From positions 84,239-148,238 of the forward strand of contig NW_021833258.1 of the NCBI RefSeq assembly GCF_006345805.1: a stretch of DNA of 64,000 bases, in the 5' to 3' direction. The DNA is from Octopus sinensis (taxonomy: Eukaryota). Shown one piece after another: positions 24,880 through 37,069 of the stretch. The position numbers and the translations under genes were made by a program. The first letter of the stretch is position 1; each line of letters opens with the position of its first letter. Under the pieces are notes generated by a model. That model was given only the letters and a program-made list of their open reading frames with translations, did not search any database and was not told where the DNA came from.

Positions 24880-26090
24880 AATTGAGGTAGCTTTTTTCTT
24901 TCTGCTGATTATATGGTTCTTAAATGATCCAGATTCATCCATAACTATTCCAAGATATTTTAGATTTTTCTCGGAATTTATTACTCCAATGTCAATGGGA
25001 TCACGTTCCCTCTGTAATTACCAATCCAGGCAACAGTATTTTTTTAAAAGATAAAGACAAGCCTTTATTTTTACACCATCTTGCAATCTTTTTAATATGA
25101 CCAAGAGTTTTTTCCATGACATTGATTTGCTCATGGAAAGATCCATAAGTAAAATTTTTTTAGGAAGAAAATATGAAAAAGTTAACACGAGTTTATAAAG
25201 AGCCTGGAGGTCAGCTCAAAGACGCCGCGCTGCGTATCGAATGACAGTTTCCACGGAGCACCGAGACCGAGATTCGCTGGAAGAGCCAGCTCGTCTCCCT
25301 CCGGTCGTTGGTCTTCCTGGCAATCCTCCTGGCAATGTCGGAAAGGATGCGAGTCGCAGACCTGCCGACGATTCCAGATGTTTCGAAGGGGAGGGGGACA
25401 AACTCGTAAGAGTCCGAAATACCTCCATACTTCGACCTCTTAGCCTCCTCAGCCTGAGCACTCGCAGAACCCGGGTTAGTGATAGACTTGAGTAACATCG
25501 TCGCTGAGAACGAGTCAACACAAGTTGCATAAGTAAAATATCATCTACATAAATGATCATCTCCATGTTAGGATGATCCACTTTAGGAATGTAGCACATC
25601 ACACAATTGAATAAAAGGACTGATTACAGATCCCTGTGGAACTCCTCTCATAAGCGAGATTTTCTTCTACAATTGATTTCCTACGTGTATGAACGATTCT
25701 CTTACCGGGAGGAAACTCTTCATCCAAACTAACGCCATCTTTCTGATATTTTAATTGTATAAAGTTTGTAATAACACGGCATGCCAGACACTGTCAAACG
25801 CTTTTGATATGTATAGACATGCGGCAGTAAGATATTCTTTTTTCTTCTGTTCAGTATAAATAGCCTCCTTTAGTCGCGAAAAGCAATTTCCAGTGCCTCC
25901 GTTACGGCGAAAATCCCATTGCGCATGCACACGGTATTGATTATCTTCAATATAAGTTGATAATCATTCAAAATAATTTTTTCCATGATTTTTGAGATTG
26001 CGCATATGAGGCTAATTGGCCTGTAATTCGCAGGATCCGAACTCGGCCTGCCCTTCTTCGGGATCATCCAAACAATTGTTCTCTTTCACG
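24880..26090 (-). mobile_element. APE-type LINE RT (family of 43038-44254), decayed and interrupted by a CRE fragment
   Basis: MIPKKGRPSSDPANYRPISLICAISKIMEKII; IIYVDDIL; SKYLGIVMD. The RT reading resumes on the far side of the 25208-25495 insert. Confidence 0.75.
25208..25495 (-). mobile_element. CRE-like retrotransposon 3' end (endonuclease C-terminus)
   Basis: AEEAKRSKYGGISDSYEFVPLPFETSGIVG...WLFQRISVSVLRGN. Confidence 0.8.
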
Positions 26091-26185
26091 TTTCGGGGAC
26101 ATGCCCGGTTCTCCACGAAGAATTAAATAATTTCCATGGTTAATATAATAAAGGCATTTCACGTGGCGGACCTCATTAGTTGATA

Positions 26186-26275
26186 AAGTTGTTGTTCATT
26201 TTAACTAAAATGCAAAAAATATTTTTGTAATTTTCTTTGCAAGAAGATTTTAAAGATTTCATCATCAAAGATATT
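26186..26275. repeat. Solo diverged copy of the 94-bp Helitron array unit
   Basis: gttgttgttcattttaactaaaatgcaaaaaatatttttg...aagattttaaagatttcatcat. Confidence 0.7.
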
Positions 26276-26559
26276 TTTGATATTCAATTTTTCCCATTTC
26301 ATTTTGGAATAATGTATTGGAGAGAACACTATACTAAACACACGAAGAGATAAGAGTCCGAGTTTTAAAGTCAATAGCACAGGAATTATTGTATTAGTAT
26401 TTTAGCTCTAAACATTATGTTTAAACCGCATGTAAGAAAGTATAAACGTTTTCAGGGAAATTCAGTGTTAAAGTAAGAGGTACATAAACAATTGAAATGA
26501 CATTATTGAAAGGAATATTGTTCGTTATAGGAATTAAAATCTTCTGAAAAGATTTCCCG

Positions 26560-26690
26560 CCCCCATGAAGATACGTATCATTTCTTCATCTCCACTCAAA
26601 CTCAGCCAAGTATAAAGTGAAAAGTTCGCGGGATGTCCCATACATTTTCTTTAACTTTTTTTGGCGTGTGACCACGAAGACTCAATTCCT
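26560..26690 (-). mobile_element. Merlin transposase C-terminal scrap
   Basis: KKKLKKMYGTSRELFTLYLAEFEWR. Confidence 0.55.
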
Positions 26691-26699
26691 TAAGTATAT

Positions 26700-27400
26700 G
26701 AGGAACGATTGTCTGGATCCACAAAATTCGTAGGTGCTCAGAGTAAACGAACGATTCAAGTCCATTGTACGCAGACTATTGGTCGGTGCATACAATTGAT
26801 CCTGGAAGAAACGAAACGAAAAATTTTTATTTAAAAAGGCTGTTAATAGTATAGATATGGGCAAACTGGGACAGGCAAGACATATACCATGGCGGGATGT
26901 GGTTCAACAGACAAAGATGACAAGGAAGGAATAATTCCACGGGAAATTGCCTCAATTTTTCAAAAAATAGCGAATTTTGTATTTGTCTATAATCATTGAA
27001 GGGTTCAAGGTGTTTTATAGTAAAGATATCGTTCATTGAATTGTTTAACGAGGAATTGGTTGATTTATTGTTGAATGAGTCAAACAAATTATATATCTAC
27101 GACGATACTATTAACAAAGAGGCAGTTATCGTTAAAGGAGTTAAAGGAATGGAAATTTCTAGTCTTGATGAATTTTGATGCCTTTTTAAACTAGTAGTTT
27201 TTAAATGGAAAACATGTTCGATCACATCGAATGAGCGATCAAGGTTTTTTGACATGATTTTATAATACAGTCGGTCATTTTTACTATCAAAGTGTATATT
27301 CGGACTGGAAGGTCTAAGGAAATATTGAGAGTCGGGAAATTTAATTTGGTCGATTTAGCAAGGTCAGAAAATATAAATCGAACAAATTCTAATTCTCACC
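26700..27400 (+). pseudogene. Kinesin motor-domain fragment (kinesin-5/BimC-like)
   Basis: P-loop YGQTGTGKTYTM, GIIPR, SFIELFNEELVDLL, VIVKG, SSRS, GKFNLVDLA(R)SENI. 23-nt intron at 26979-27001. In-frame TGA, small deletions and a G-to-R change in DLAGSE. Confidence 0.85.
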
Positions 27401-27559
27401 TAAATGGTAAGGAAACCTTGTTAATGTATTGCAATTTTTATTAAAAATTTATACGTAAAGGACTGAAAAAGGAAAAATTCTCATCGAAAAAATATAAAGC
27501 ATAGAAAACGTCTCCAAGATAAAAGAACACAACATTAGGCACATTATCCCTGTGAGACT

Positions 27560-28930
27560 TGGTCTGATGTGGTCTTCGTGGGGTTGTGGCAATGCAAGAG
27601 TTTACGGACTCTTCTGGTCGATTTGCGTTGTCCGAGCAGGTGGGGTCCGCCACATTGCCGTTGGAAACTACTTCAGAAAGCTAGCAGCTAAAATTGCATG
27701 GAGCCTTGCCTGTTCGAGAATATCTGATGAATTTACCCCTCCCAACTTGGAGTTTGTGTAAAGAACAAGGTGATTTTTCATACAGAAAAAAATATTTAAA
27801 ATTAATTATTTTCAATATTTATATTGATAATTTATGATAGATGTTTTTAGTCTCGCGATCTAATTGTATAGCAAAAATTCGATTAGAATAAATTAGTCAT
27901 TAATAAAAAAATTCTCTCAACAATGTTTACAAATAATCAATGCCATCAATTCACTTCTAAAGGATCAAGTCTTCACTTGTTATTGGGGAAAAGATTATTT
28001 TTCTGAAACTGAAATTTAACAAGCGACCCTCTTGAACACTTCTTTTTGCTTTGGCAATTGATGAATGTTAAATAAACAAAAAATTATTTTTATTGGAACT
28101 TAATAAAGTAACGAATTTTCTTTTTTTGCTTTGGCAATCGACGAAACTGTCCGCTCTATCAGCACGGAGCTGAACCTCTGGTATCTTGATAATGTTACGA
28201 TTGGAGGACCGGGGAAAAAAGTTTTTGACGCCCTGTCACAAGTCGTGACTGCACTACGAAAAATCGGATTTGATGTAAATATAAATATCACATAGAGGGT
28301 GCCCACTAAGCGAAAAGGAACTGCGGTGCCATCTACTGCAAAAAATAAGAAACTTTCTAAGTTACGGGGGAACTCTCCTTACTCAATGTTTATACTGCAT
28401 TTTTCCTTTTGAAAAATAGAATTGGCTTGCCTAAACTACAATACGTTCTCCGGTGATCTACTTGCTTTGAACATCGGGACATCCTACACTTACTGGATAG
28501 GACTTTTAGAAATTCAGCTGAAGCGCTCTTGAACATCCACTTCAACAAATCTGGTTGTAATCAAAGCAAGCTTTCTACACGCGCCAAGACTGTCGAACCA
28601 AGACTGTTTTGTCTGTTTGCTTTCTAGGTCTCAAAACGGGAGGGGTGATGGCTCCACGCATTTCCACAGTACATTCGGTGCTCTTATGGACGACGATTGT
28701 GAGATAATCGATGTTGCACAACGTCTGGGTCTTGACGTTTGTGAGGAACACAGATGCCGGACGTGACAATAGATTACTATTTTATTACTCCGCAAGGTCG
28801 GGGCCAAAATCTCCATTTCCACTCACTATCCTCGGGAGGTGGACTGGGTTCTTCAGTGGTTCTCGATCGCCGTTATCCGGAGGAACAGTTTGGCAATCCG
28901 CCAGGGTGCTGGCCTTTCCTTCGATTATTT
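27560..28930 (+). mobile_element. Fragmented CRE-like retrotransposon
   Basis: GGVRHIAVGNYFRKLAAK (27630-27700); LNLWYLDNVTIGGP (~28170); LGLDVCEEHRC (~28730); C-terminus RKVGAKISI..VDWVLQWFSIAVIRRNSLAIRQ (~28790-28900). Confidence 0.75.
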
Positions 28931-29044
28931 TTTTATCACTTTTGCTTGAACTATTATTTGAAGTTTTTATCACTTAAAATCTAATTAATGCTGTTTAAAA
29001 GAATTGAAAGCTTACTCGTCAAAGATTAAGATACAAAATGAGAA

Positions 29045-29188
29045 TGCACCGAAGTACACGAAAAAAATACGCCGTAGGACAGCCCGTATGGAACCGACCA
29101 CATTCGAAGGCGAGCCAGAGTGCAATGGATGGCCAGCGAATGGCACATTTGCCTAATTGATAACAAACATGCACGACCAGGTAAGTAC
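29045..29188 (-). ncRNA. RNU1: U1 spliceosomal snRNA (divergent, ~144 nt)
   Basis: 5' GTACTTACCTGG; helix H GTCGT/ACGGC; SL1 10-bp stem with loop TATCAATTAG; SL2 CATTCG/CGAATG stem with the U1A loop ATTGCACTCT; SL3; U-rich Sm-site position ATTTTTTT; short SL4 TGTAC-TTCG-GTGCA. Confidence 0.9.
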
Positions 29189-29399
29189 CAGGGTTATGCA
29201 CACATTAGGAGATAGATACAACCAAATCATCAAAATGTATGGATTTTTAATTAGCGTTGAGGTATATAAATTTAAATATATTATCTAATTTTTTATCGAG
29301 TTTTATAATAAATAACAATTTAAGTAATTACAAATGTATTAAATTTATGGAAAAGTGAGTTTCTGAACACAAATTGTTTAATCTTCGATCGCTCAAGTG

Positions 29400-29545
29400 T
29401 TTATATTCTCCATTTATTCCAATACAACATCATTCCAATACAACAATCGGTTGTGGCAATAGATCCAGGAGCGGATGCGGACATCAGCAGGTTCTGAGGC
29501 GAGAAAGAGTCCACAAACGTGGCATCCCAGGTAAGAGGCTTCCCC
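29400..29545 (-). mobile_element. CRE-like endonuclease scrap
   Basis: RGKPLTWDATFVDSFSPQNLLMSASAPGS. Confidence 0.6.
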
Positions 29546-30399
29546 CTGTTAAAATTAAAATACGACTTTCTGTTCAATTTAATGGGAAAATTAATTGACA
29601 TTACTTGACGAGCTTTCCAGAATCCTAGTTTGACGATTTTCTATTATACTTATTAGTCTATTGGTATTTGTTGGCTTTCGAAGGCTTGATTTTTATTTCT
29701 AGTTTATTCTGTTTTAATTCTCTTTTAATCAAGATAGCATTCTGTCCTTTCTTCTAAAAAAAAGTTAAAACTGAGGTTGTCAAACGGTGTCCTGCTTGAA
29801 AAATACAAATTTGAATAAATTTTTTACTAGAATTAAAATAATTTTGTAATACCGTCTGTATCAACGTGCTTTTGGGTGAACCAGTTTGTCGTTATTATAA
29901 AAATTCTTATTTGCCATTTGGATTTAGATGATACAAATAAACTACCTCAATATCTAATTTTCATGGTCTTCTTGGTAAACACATTTGTTGGCATATAAAA
30001 GATTCGTTTATTCTGGGAAAATTATATAACAATTCACGCGGGAATTGTCCCTCAATCCTGCGAGCCAGTACTTAATAGCTCGATTTTTTAACAATTTATA
30101 ACAATTGTGAAAATAAAAAATTTTTTTTTGAAAATTCTTTTTAATTAGCCACTTTTAACTACTACACGAGCAATTGATATGTTCACGATATTAAACGATT
30201 ATTTCAATCCTCGTTTATCCAAATAATTCAAATCGATCTATCCTTCGGATTGTGAAGGAATCTAAAATTTATATGATTGTTAGATAAATAATCAAATTAC
30301 TGATCAAATTCCTAATCTGTTTATAAAGACAATTATTTATTGAAAAATCGAATAAAGTTCTTTGTATAGTGTTTTTTCATTAATTTTTGTAAATAATCC

Positions 30400-30847
30400 G
30401 TGATGTGTTTTAAATTTTTTACAGTATTGTTTGTTATATTTTGAGAAAAGCAATTCAAACAAGAACTTGATTTAATGAGAATTTGAATTCTTCAAATAAA
30501 GTGGTTGGGCTAATATCGTAACTCTCATCGACCTGGCCATCTTAAGCATTAAGTACGTAATCGTCAACAGTTTTTTTTCTAACCATAAAATTACAAAAGG
30601 CGTATTGTTAATTAAATTTTAAAAAATTAATTATAAAAATTAATCAACAAAATTATATTTTTAATAATAATAAAGAAAATTAATCCGAAATTATATTATT
30701 TCAGCGTTCGGATTGCGGATTATTAAATTTTCGGAGCATTGAATCAAATTTGGCAGGAAAAAGTTATAAAATTTATGATTTCAATTAAAAAATTCTAATT
30801 ATTGAAATTTTCAGATTATTGAAGTTCGGATTAACGAGGGTTGACTG
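30400..30847 (-). mobile_element. pogo/Tigger-type left end with decayed N-terminal sequence
   Basis: CAGTCAACCCTCGTTAATCCGAAC on the minus strand at 30847; subterminal ttcgga repeats. Confidence 0.5.
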
Positions 30848-30929
30848 TGTCAATAATATTTCATTCCCAATTATATTGGTATATTTACAGATGGAGCCCC
30901 GTTTATGTTTGATCCTAATAAACCACTTT

Positions 30930-31715
30930 GCCTTTAATTTGGTGCAATCTTATCGGATAAAGCAATGAAACAGTATCGTTTGATTGAACATTTAAAGCGA
31001 AAACATCATAATTTAATTGAAAAAAGCAGACCTTTTTCTAGAATTTATTTATAAACGATATCTTACAGAGAGATTCTTCAAATATTATGAAGACTATTCC
31101 ATTAAGGAACGACACCCTACGAAGAAGAATTGATGAAATTTCTAATGAAATTAATAATCTAAATTTAACTTTTCAGGGAACACAAGTTTTTAGTCAAACT
31201 TGACAAATCAGTTGTCGTTGATAACCAGTCAATTTTTATGGCATATGTAAGCTATTACTTTTTATAAATACTTTTTATAAAGATATTTCTATTATGATTT
31301 TATTTTGCAAGAAGAGTTATTATTTGCAAAATCTTTAATCACGGCTACCACAAAATTGTCAATATTAATAATAATATTTCATTTGAACATATTTTATTGT
31401 TCGAAACTGATGGCGCACTGGCTATAATTGGAAAATATCGTGGATTTTTAGCTTTTCTATAAAAACAAATCTCAAATGTCTACTTCAATTCATTGTATTT
31501 TACATGGCATCATTTAATTGCAAAAATTATCTGAAGAATTGTCTGCGTTAATGCAAATTGTTATCAAAGTAATTAATAAAATTAAGGAAACAGCAAGTAC
31601 GCTCTTATTTTTCGTGAATACTGCACTAATCAAAATAAAAATTATATTAGGTTATTTCTACATACCGAAGTAAGATGGTTTTCTAAGGGTAATTGTTTTG
31701 AAAGATTTGTGATAT
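30930..31715 (+). mobile_element. hAT (Buster/Charlie) transposase remnant
   Basis: AMKQYRLIEHLKRKH; TDGALAIIGKYRGF; HCILH; LFLHTEVRWFSKGNCF, read across frameshifts. Confidence 0.8.
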
Positions 31716-31722
31716 TATTTAA

Positions 31723-31770
31723 TGTCACCTGTTGAGAATGATACCAGGCTGAGAACGATCGCGCAAAATC
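31723..31770. mobile_element. Probable Ginger-type terminus
   Basis: TGTCACC followed by two ~16-bp internal repeats (tgttgagaatgatacc / ggctgagaacgatcg), the same architecture as the 17523 TIR. No matching TSD or partner end found. Confidence 0.45.
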
Positions 31771-31989
31771 GATTTTGCCCAAGTGACGTAACACCGGTAG
31801 TTAACGGCAGCGACCGACAAATTTAAATACAAGTCATTAAGTTTTAAAACCTAATAAACTCTAATTTCTGTCTTTTGGACAAAAAAGCAATCGAGTCGAT
31901 TCGTTTGATAGATAAGCGTTTATTTTGCAAAGGGATATCGGACATAAAAGAAATTAAGGGCCAGTAGTGGCCTTACACACAGGGTCGTC

Positions 31990-32700
31990 CGGGGCTATTT
32001 TCTTCTCTTCTCTAGGAACTTTTGGAATTGGGTTTCAACAAGCTCGCCAATCATAGGAAGACTTCGCGCCAGCTCGGTATTTTCTCTCTTAGATTTACGC
32101 CAAAGGCCACCTTGAGCGCTAATCTCCTCGTTTTCTCCAGCAGTTTTATAATTCTTGCCTTGGAGGGGGACAAAATCCACCCTTCCAGCCCATACATCAG
32201 TACTGGAAGGATAGCTGCCAGAAAGATGAATAGCACAGTATCTGGGGGTAGGCGGAATTTGATCATTCGATCAAACGCAATCAATTTGCACTAATTGCTG
32301 GTGACCTTAATTCTGGCTGTTAAAAAGAAAACCGAGATGGAAAAATCCTGCGGGCTGTATCCGATCAAGTTGGTTTTGATGTTTGGACATCGAAAGAGCC
32401 AAATCATTTTTTCATGCCATGGGGATGATTTCTTAGGGCTGTTCCTAACTTCACCCTCATTGAAGCTCCTATGTGAACCTCCGAGGAAAATCGAAGACAT
32501 CGGCAGCGATCATGCCACCCAGATGATGACTATAATGTTGCATCCGACATTAATGGAGGATATTTTTTTGCACTATAGAACTTCAAAAACGGACCGACTG
32601 ATCACCTCAAAACATTAACATCCAGCAAACTTTGTTTCAAGAGAAACAAACTAAAGAGAAGTTAAATCCTCAAGGAAAAGAACCCAAATAAAAGGTTACT
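31990..32700 (-). mobile_element. APE-type LINE RT C-terminal fragment (family of 43038-44254)
   Basis: ILPVLMYGLEGW...KLLEKTRRLALKVAFG matches VQPLIIYGSEGW...KLEKTRRFAIKLAFG. Confidence 0.75.
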
Positions 32701-32869
32701 TATAGCAAATTAGGCTGTTGAAATGATTGCAGGATTCACAAGTCGATATAAAATGGCGAATAACTTTTTGACTGACACCAATATATTTTTGGGAAATTAA
32801 ATGGCACATTTTGGTAACACCTGGATGTCCGATAGAGTGTTCTTTAGTTAAAATTGAGTTAATTCTAGC

Positions 32870-33524
32870 TTCTTAAAAAGAGCAGACAACAGTACGGAAA
32901 TTTCCATTATGTGCAAAAAATAATTCTCCATTTACTAGTTGTAGATTCTTACATCTTCTGCGCAACGTCCGCTTTCGATTTTCAGTGAAGTCATCAGGAT
33001 AGTGATTATATTCAACATAGTTCATAATGTTCTTTAATTCATCAGGAGTTTTAATGCTGAACGAAGAAGGCATAACAAATATCAAGATAAAGCGTGCAAT
33101 TTTATTTTTTTAAAAATAATTTTGAAATAATTTATCAGTAATACTTTTAACTAAATTAAAAAAAATAAATCGAAAATTTTTTTAGGGAGAGGAGGTCATG
33201 GAAGTGAGGACCACATCTTCGAGGACTTTCTCAGCAACGCTTTTAACTAAATTAAAAAAATAAATCGAAAATTTTTTTAGGGAGAGGAGGTCGTGGAAGT
33301 GAGGATCACATCTTCAAGGACTTTCTAAGTAATGCTTTTAACTGAATTGAGCAAAAATAAGTCGAAAATTTTTTTAGGGAAAGGAGGTCGTGGAAGTGAG
33401 GAACACATTTTCGGGGACTTTTTCAGTAGCACTTTTGACTAAATTGAAAAAATAAGTCGAAAAATTTTAGTTGGTTAATGTTTTCAAATGATCAGTCGGT
33501 TTTATCAGCCCGGACGCTATGACA
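32870..33524 (-). mobile_element. 5' end of a Ginger-like element (terminus, tandem repeats, N-terminal ORF)
   Basis: Minus strand starts TGTCATAGCGTCCGGGCTGATAAAACCGACTGATC at 33524. ORF 32873-33085 (NYVEYNHYPDDFTENRKRTLRRRCKNLQLVNGELFF) resembles the N-terminus of gypsy-integrase-like transposases. Confidence 0.62.
33136..33467. repeat. Tandem repeat, ~96-bp unit, about 3.4 copies
   Basis: Unit starts at 33136, 33232, 33327 and 33424: cagcaacgcttttaactaaatt...cgaaaatttttttagggagaggaggtcgtggaagtgaggaccacatcttcgaggactttct. Confidence 0.95.
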
Positions 33525-33542
33525 TACGACAATTAATATCGA

Positions 33543-34140
33543 TTAATCATAGGGAAAGCCAGAGGCCTGGCGGATCGCCAAACTGTTTTCCCGGATAACG
33601 GCGATTGAGAACCGTTGCAATATCCAGTCCAGCTCCCGAGGATCGTGAGTACGCATTGAGATTTTGGCTCCGAGCTTGCGGAGGAACTTTTCCGTCTTTG
33701 GACCAAGAGCACCCGACGTCTCCACCGCTATCGGAACCACGAAAAACTTTTCCGAAAGGGCAGAATATTTGGAAAGCTTTAGATCTTCAGCCTTCTTAGC
33801 AGCTGATTTAGCCTCCAGAGCACACGAGGTTAGATGTGAAGCAGAAAAAGTGTCCCAGCAGGTTGCGTCCCATACGAGACCTTTTCCGCCCTCAAAAGGG
33901 AAAAGGGTCATTCCGTCGGGACGTTTCCCGTCACCGCGGTCAAGACCTGGTGGTTCGAGAACCGAAGGAAATCCCGCCGAGTCGAGGGCCCTCCGTATGA
34001 TGTCGTTCATAGCAGAGTGCCTCGGGAAACGTCCGGCGCTCCTCCTGCACGATAAAGGATGCAGACCGAAAGGGTCAACAGTGCAGCCACAGCGACACGT
34101 ATGCGGGACACATTGCCTTAGTCCAGGGGTAGGCAAAAGC
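33543..34140 (-). mobile_element. CRE-like retrotransposon C-terminus (CCHC knuckle plus PD-(D/E)xK endonuclease)
   Basis: Open 197-aa ORF: CRCGCTVDPFGLHPLSC...RHSAMNDIIRRAL...KRPDGMTL...WDATC...AVETSG...QRFSIAVIRENS. Confidence 0.9.
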
Positions 34141-35095
34141 AGGCTCGCGAGCCTTTGAAGGCTCTTTAACTCTTACGGTAGGCTCTTTCAATTTTTAACT
34201 ATTTTTTTGTTTTGTTAATAACAAAAAATCTTTGCACGTTTAACATTAATTTTTTGTGGTACATCGATATATGCCTAGCAAGAAAAAATTAATAAAAAAT
34301 CGATAATGCGCGACATTTTCAATCAAAATGGACTGAAACTTTTGCATTCACGTCTAATTCAGAACAACTACCGAAATGTCTCATTTGCCAGGAAACTTTG
34401 AATCAAAATAAAAAGTCAAATTTAGAGAGACACTTTAACACAAAACACTCAAATTTCGCCAAAAAATATCCAATTGATGATTCCCGAAAGAAAGCTGTAG
34501 AAGAACTTGCAAAGAATAATCAGTTCGAGAATTCTGCTTTTAAATGTTGGTCTGACAATGCCAGGACTGCAAATATTGCCAGTTTTTTGATAAGCCACGA
34601 GATCGCATAAAGGGGAAAACCATTTACCGATGGCGAATTTATAAAGGCATGTTTCATTAAAATTTCCGAAGAACTTTTTCACGATTTTTCAAATAAGGCA
34701 GAAATCGTGAATAAGATAATGAATATACATTTATCTGCGAAAATAGTAGCCGACAGGACTTTTAAGATGTCTTCGAATGTATCTGTTCAACAAGTTTCTG
34801 ACATGAAATTGTCTAATTCAATTTCAATAGCAATAGATGAATCATGTGATATAAATGACATTGCACAAGTATCATTGTTCATGTCATACTTCGGTGTCTC
34901 TGTTTGTTCGTTATGTGTCTCGAGGTTTCCTGAGGCAAGAACTTTTGGCATTATTGCCTCTAAAGGGTCAAACCCGTGGTGAAGATCTTGTTGGCGCAGT
35001 CGTAGAATATTTTGAAACGAATTATATTCCTCTTAATAAAATCGTTTCAATTTCAACTGACGGTGCTGAAAGCATGCTGGGATCGAGAAAGGAAT
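34140..35095 (+). mobile_element. hAT (Spin/GTF2IRD2-like) transposase 5' half
   Basis: KCLICQETLNQNKKSNLERHFNTKH; GKPFTDGEFIK; SIAIDESCDINDIAQ; ELLALLPLKGQTRGEDL; SISTDGAESMLG. Ends at a junction with a CRE 3' scrap (35095-35160). Confidence 0.88.
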
Positions 35096-35249
35096 TCAAA
35101 GGATCCTGTTGGCCGTTGTGCGTGGGAACAGCTGTTCCATCCGGCTTGCTGGCCGATTAATTTCTGATTAATTTAACTTTCCTTGTCTTGTTGAATGTCT
35201 AAAAAAATGTCTATTTAATTTTATGAATTTAAATTTTTGACAAGTGGTA

Positions 35250-35460
35250 AAAGGTGGCTCTTCAATTTTCGAAATTTCCAAAAATGTTCAAAATTGGCTT
35301 AGTCCGAGGCGCAGAGAGACTCCGATCCTTACCGCTTCATCGTCAAGGAGAGTGCCAGATGGGGCGTTCGGGAATGCACAAAGCCAAGCTCCACTGGCCG
35401 GGGATGCTGCCGAAAGAAGACAAGCGCGACGGTGCTGGTTGGACGACTCGAGCAGCAGAT
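35250..35460 (+). mobile_element. RTE-like LINE 3' scrap
   Basis: RRVPDG...RRQARRCWLDD resembles the RTE C-terminal RMPD..R..GR..RWLD motif. Confidence 0.4.
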
Positions 35461-36139
35461 TAAAAGTTTGCTTGCATTACTGAATTAAGTATTATATAAT
35501 AAGAATCGTTAAAATCTTTAATAGATACATTTCAAAGATATGTTTTGATACATTTTCCAATACAACAGTATGCTTTCCTTTTACTTAAAATCTTCACTTA
35601 ATCTATAATTTCATTCTATAATTTGTCATTCTGTAAGCAAGTCTTCTAGTGTTAGTACTCCTTAAAAATCCCCAACATATTTAGTGATTAGAGACAATCT
35701 TTTCTGATATTTGAGACTCCAGGTCACAATTGGGAGAAACTAAATGACTGACAACTTAGAGATCAGAAAGCCAATGTCCGCAACTTGTCCTTCTCAACCA
35801 AGGCTGACATATCCTTTCGGAGTTATTGGGCTCCTTCGGTGACAATGAACTGTCGCCAGAGGTCCTCGTTGGCTTGGAACGTCATATCTCCAGTTTTTCA
35901 TGATTGAGAAAATGAAGAATGATTCCGCATTCGTAATCCTCCTATTTGTCCCCAATCATGTCCCATAAAATCTTCTGTGAGTTGTCCTTCTTCGCAGACC
36001 CAGTCATTTTCGTTTAAATACTCCAGAATGTGTACCATGAGATGTATATCTTAAGGTTACTCAATTTGTGCACTGTTTTACCCCAAAAAGAGGTGTGAGG
36101 GTTTTTCTACCATTCAAAAGGTTCATTTAGTTCTCTCAT

Positions 36140-36960
36140 TTGGGTAGACTCCACTTTCAGGATGAACATTTTTGAGTTTCCTAAACTCAAATCCTGGCTT
36201 GCTTCGCCTTCGAAATCATTGGTCACCTTATTTTCTTCCGACAAAAGACAATCAAACCTTCACCCAAAGTTATCTTTCTTTGGTTCTGACCTCCCACTAT
36301 GCAAAAACCCTACTATCCTCGGACTTACTTTTGATCCAACTATGTTCTTCAACAAGCATATCTCTAACATTTCTGATAAGGAAAACAGACCCACAAACAT
36401 ACTAAAAACAATAAGTGGTCACATTACAGGCGCCCAGAAGTTACTCCTCAAACGAGCCCAGAAGCCACGAGTATTAAGTTATGCGAGTCCAAGCTGGGCG
36501 CCCTGTCTATCCATAAACTCGACAATGGCACTTCAATCAGTACAAAACAAGGCCATGCGCACAATATCTGGGTGTCTGAAATCAACCCCAATTGATAACC
36601 TCCACTGAGAAACAAACCTTTTGCCAATTGAAGATAATCTAAATATGAGAGGAGCCCAATTTTTATTTGCATCTCGAATGTTCTGCTCTAAATGTGCTAA
36701 ACGGAAATTCTCGTTCAGTGAAGAACACGCCAGCGAATCTATATTCCCGGATCCTTGCCAAAATCGATGGCTTGCACCAATGCCCATATCCGATGAGAAA
36801 AATTCACAATTTGATATCCACGTCAGCTATTCTTGAGCTGACGCCCAACTCTGTACTCAATAAACCTTCTCCTGACGTTCACTATTCTGAATTACTTCTC
36901 GACCGTTCGGCTCACACAAACTTAGCTCGTTTCCGTTCTGGTCATCACTCCTCATTAAAC
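36140..36960 (+). mobile_element. I/Jockey-group LINE, RT C-terminal region
   Basis: KNPTILGLTFDP...LSYASPSWAP...LQSVQNKAMRTISGCLKSTPIDNLH.ETNLLPI...LARFRSGHH. Confidence 0.8.
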
Positions 36961-37069
36961 CACTTGCACATAATAACAAAATGTTTAATTATTAAAAATA
37001 TAAATTTTTTTACTAATTTGTATAAACAAAACCAACCACACTCAATTTACGCAGTTAACATATAAGTTT

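Noticed and set aside
29019-29201. ORF or gypsy-integrase-like peptide (AVGQPVW)
   Set aside because: The region is fully explained by the U1 snRNA fold on the minus strand.
31723-33524. One Ginger element bounded by the TGT termini at 31723 and 33524
   Set aside because: The two termini are not reverse complements beyond TGTCA, and the flanking 5-mers (tttaa, tacga) do not match.
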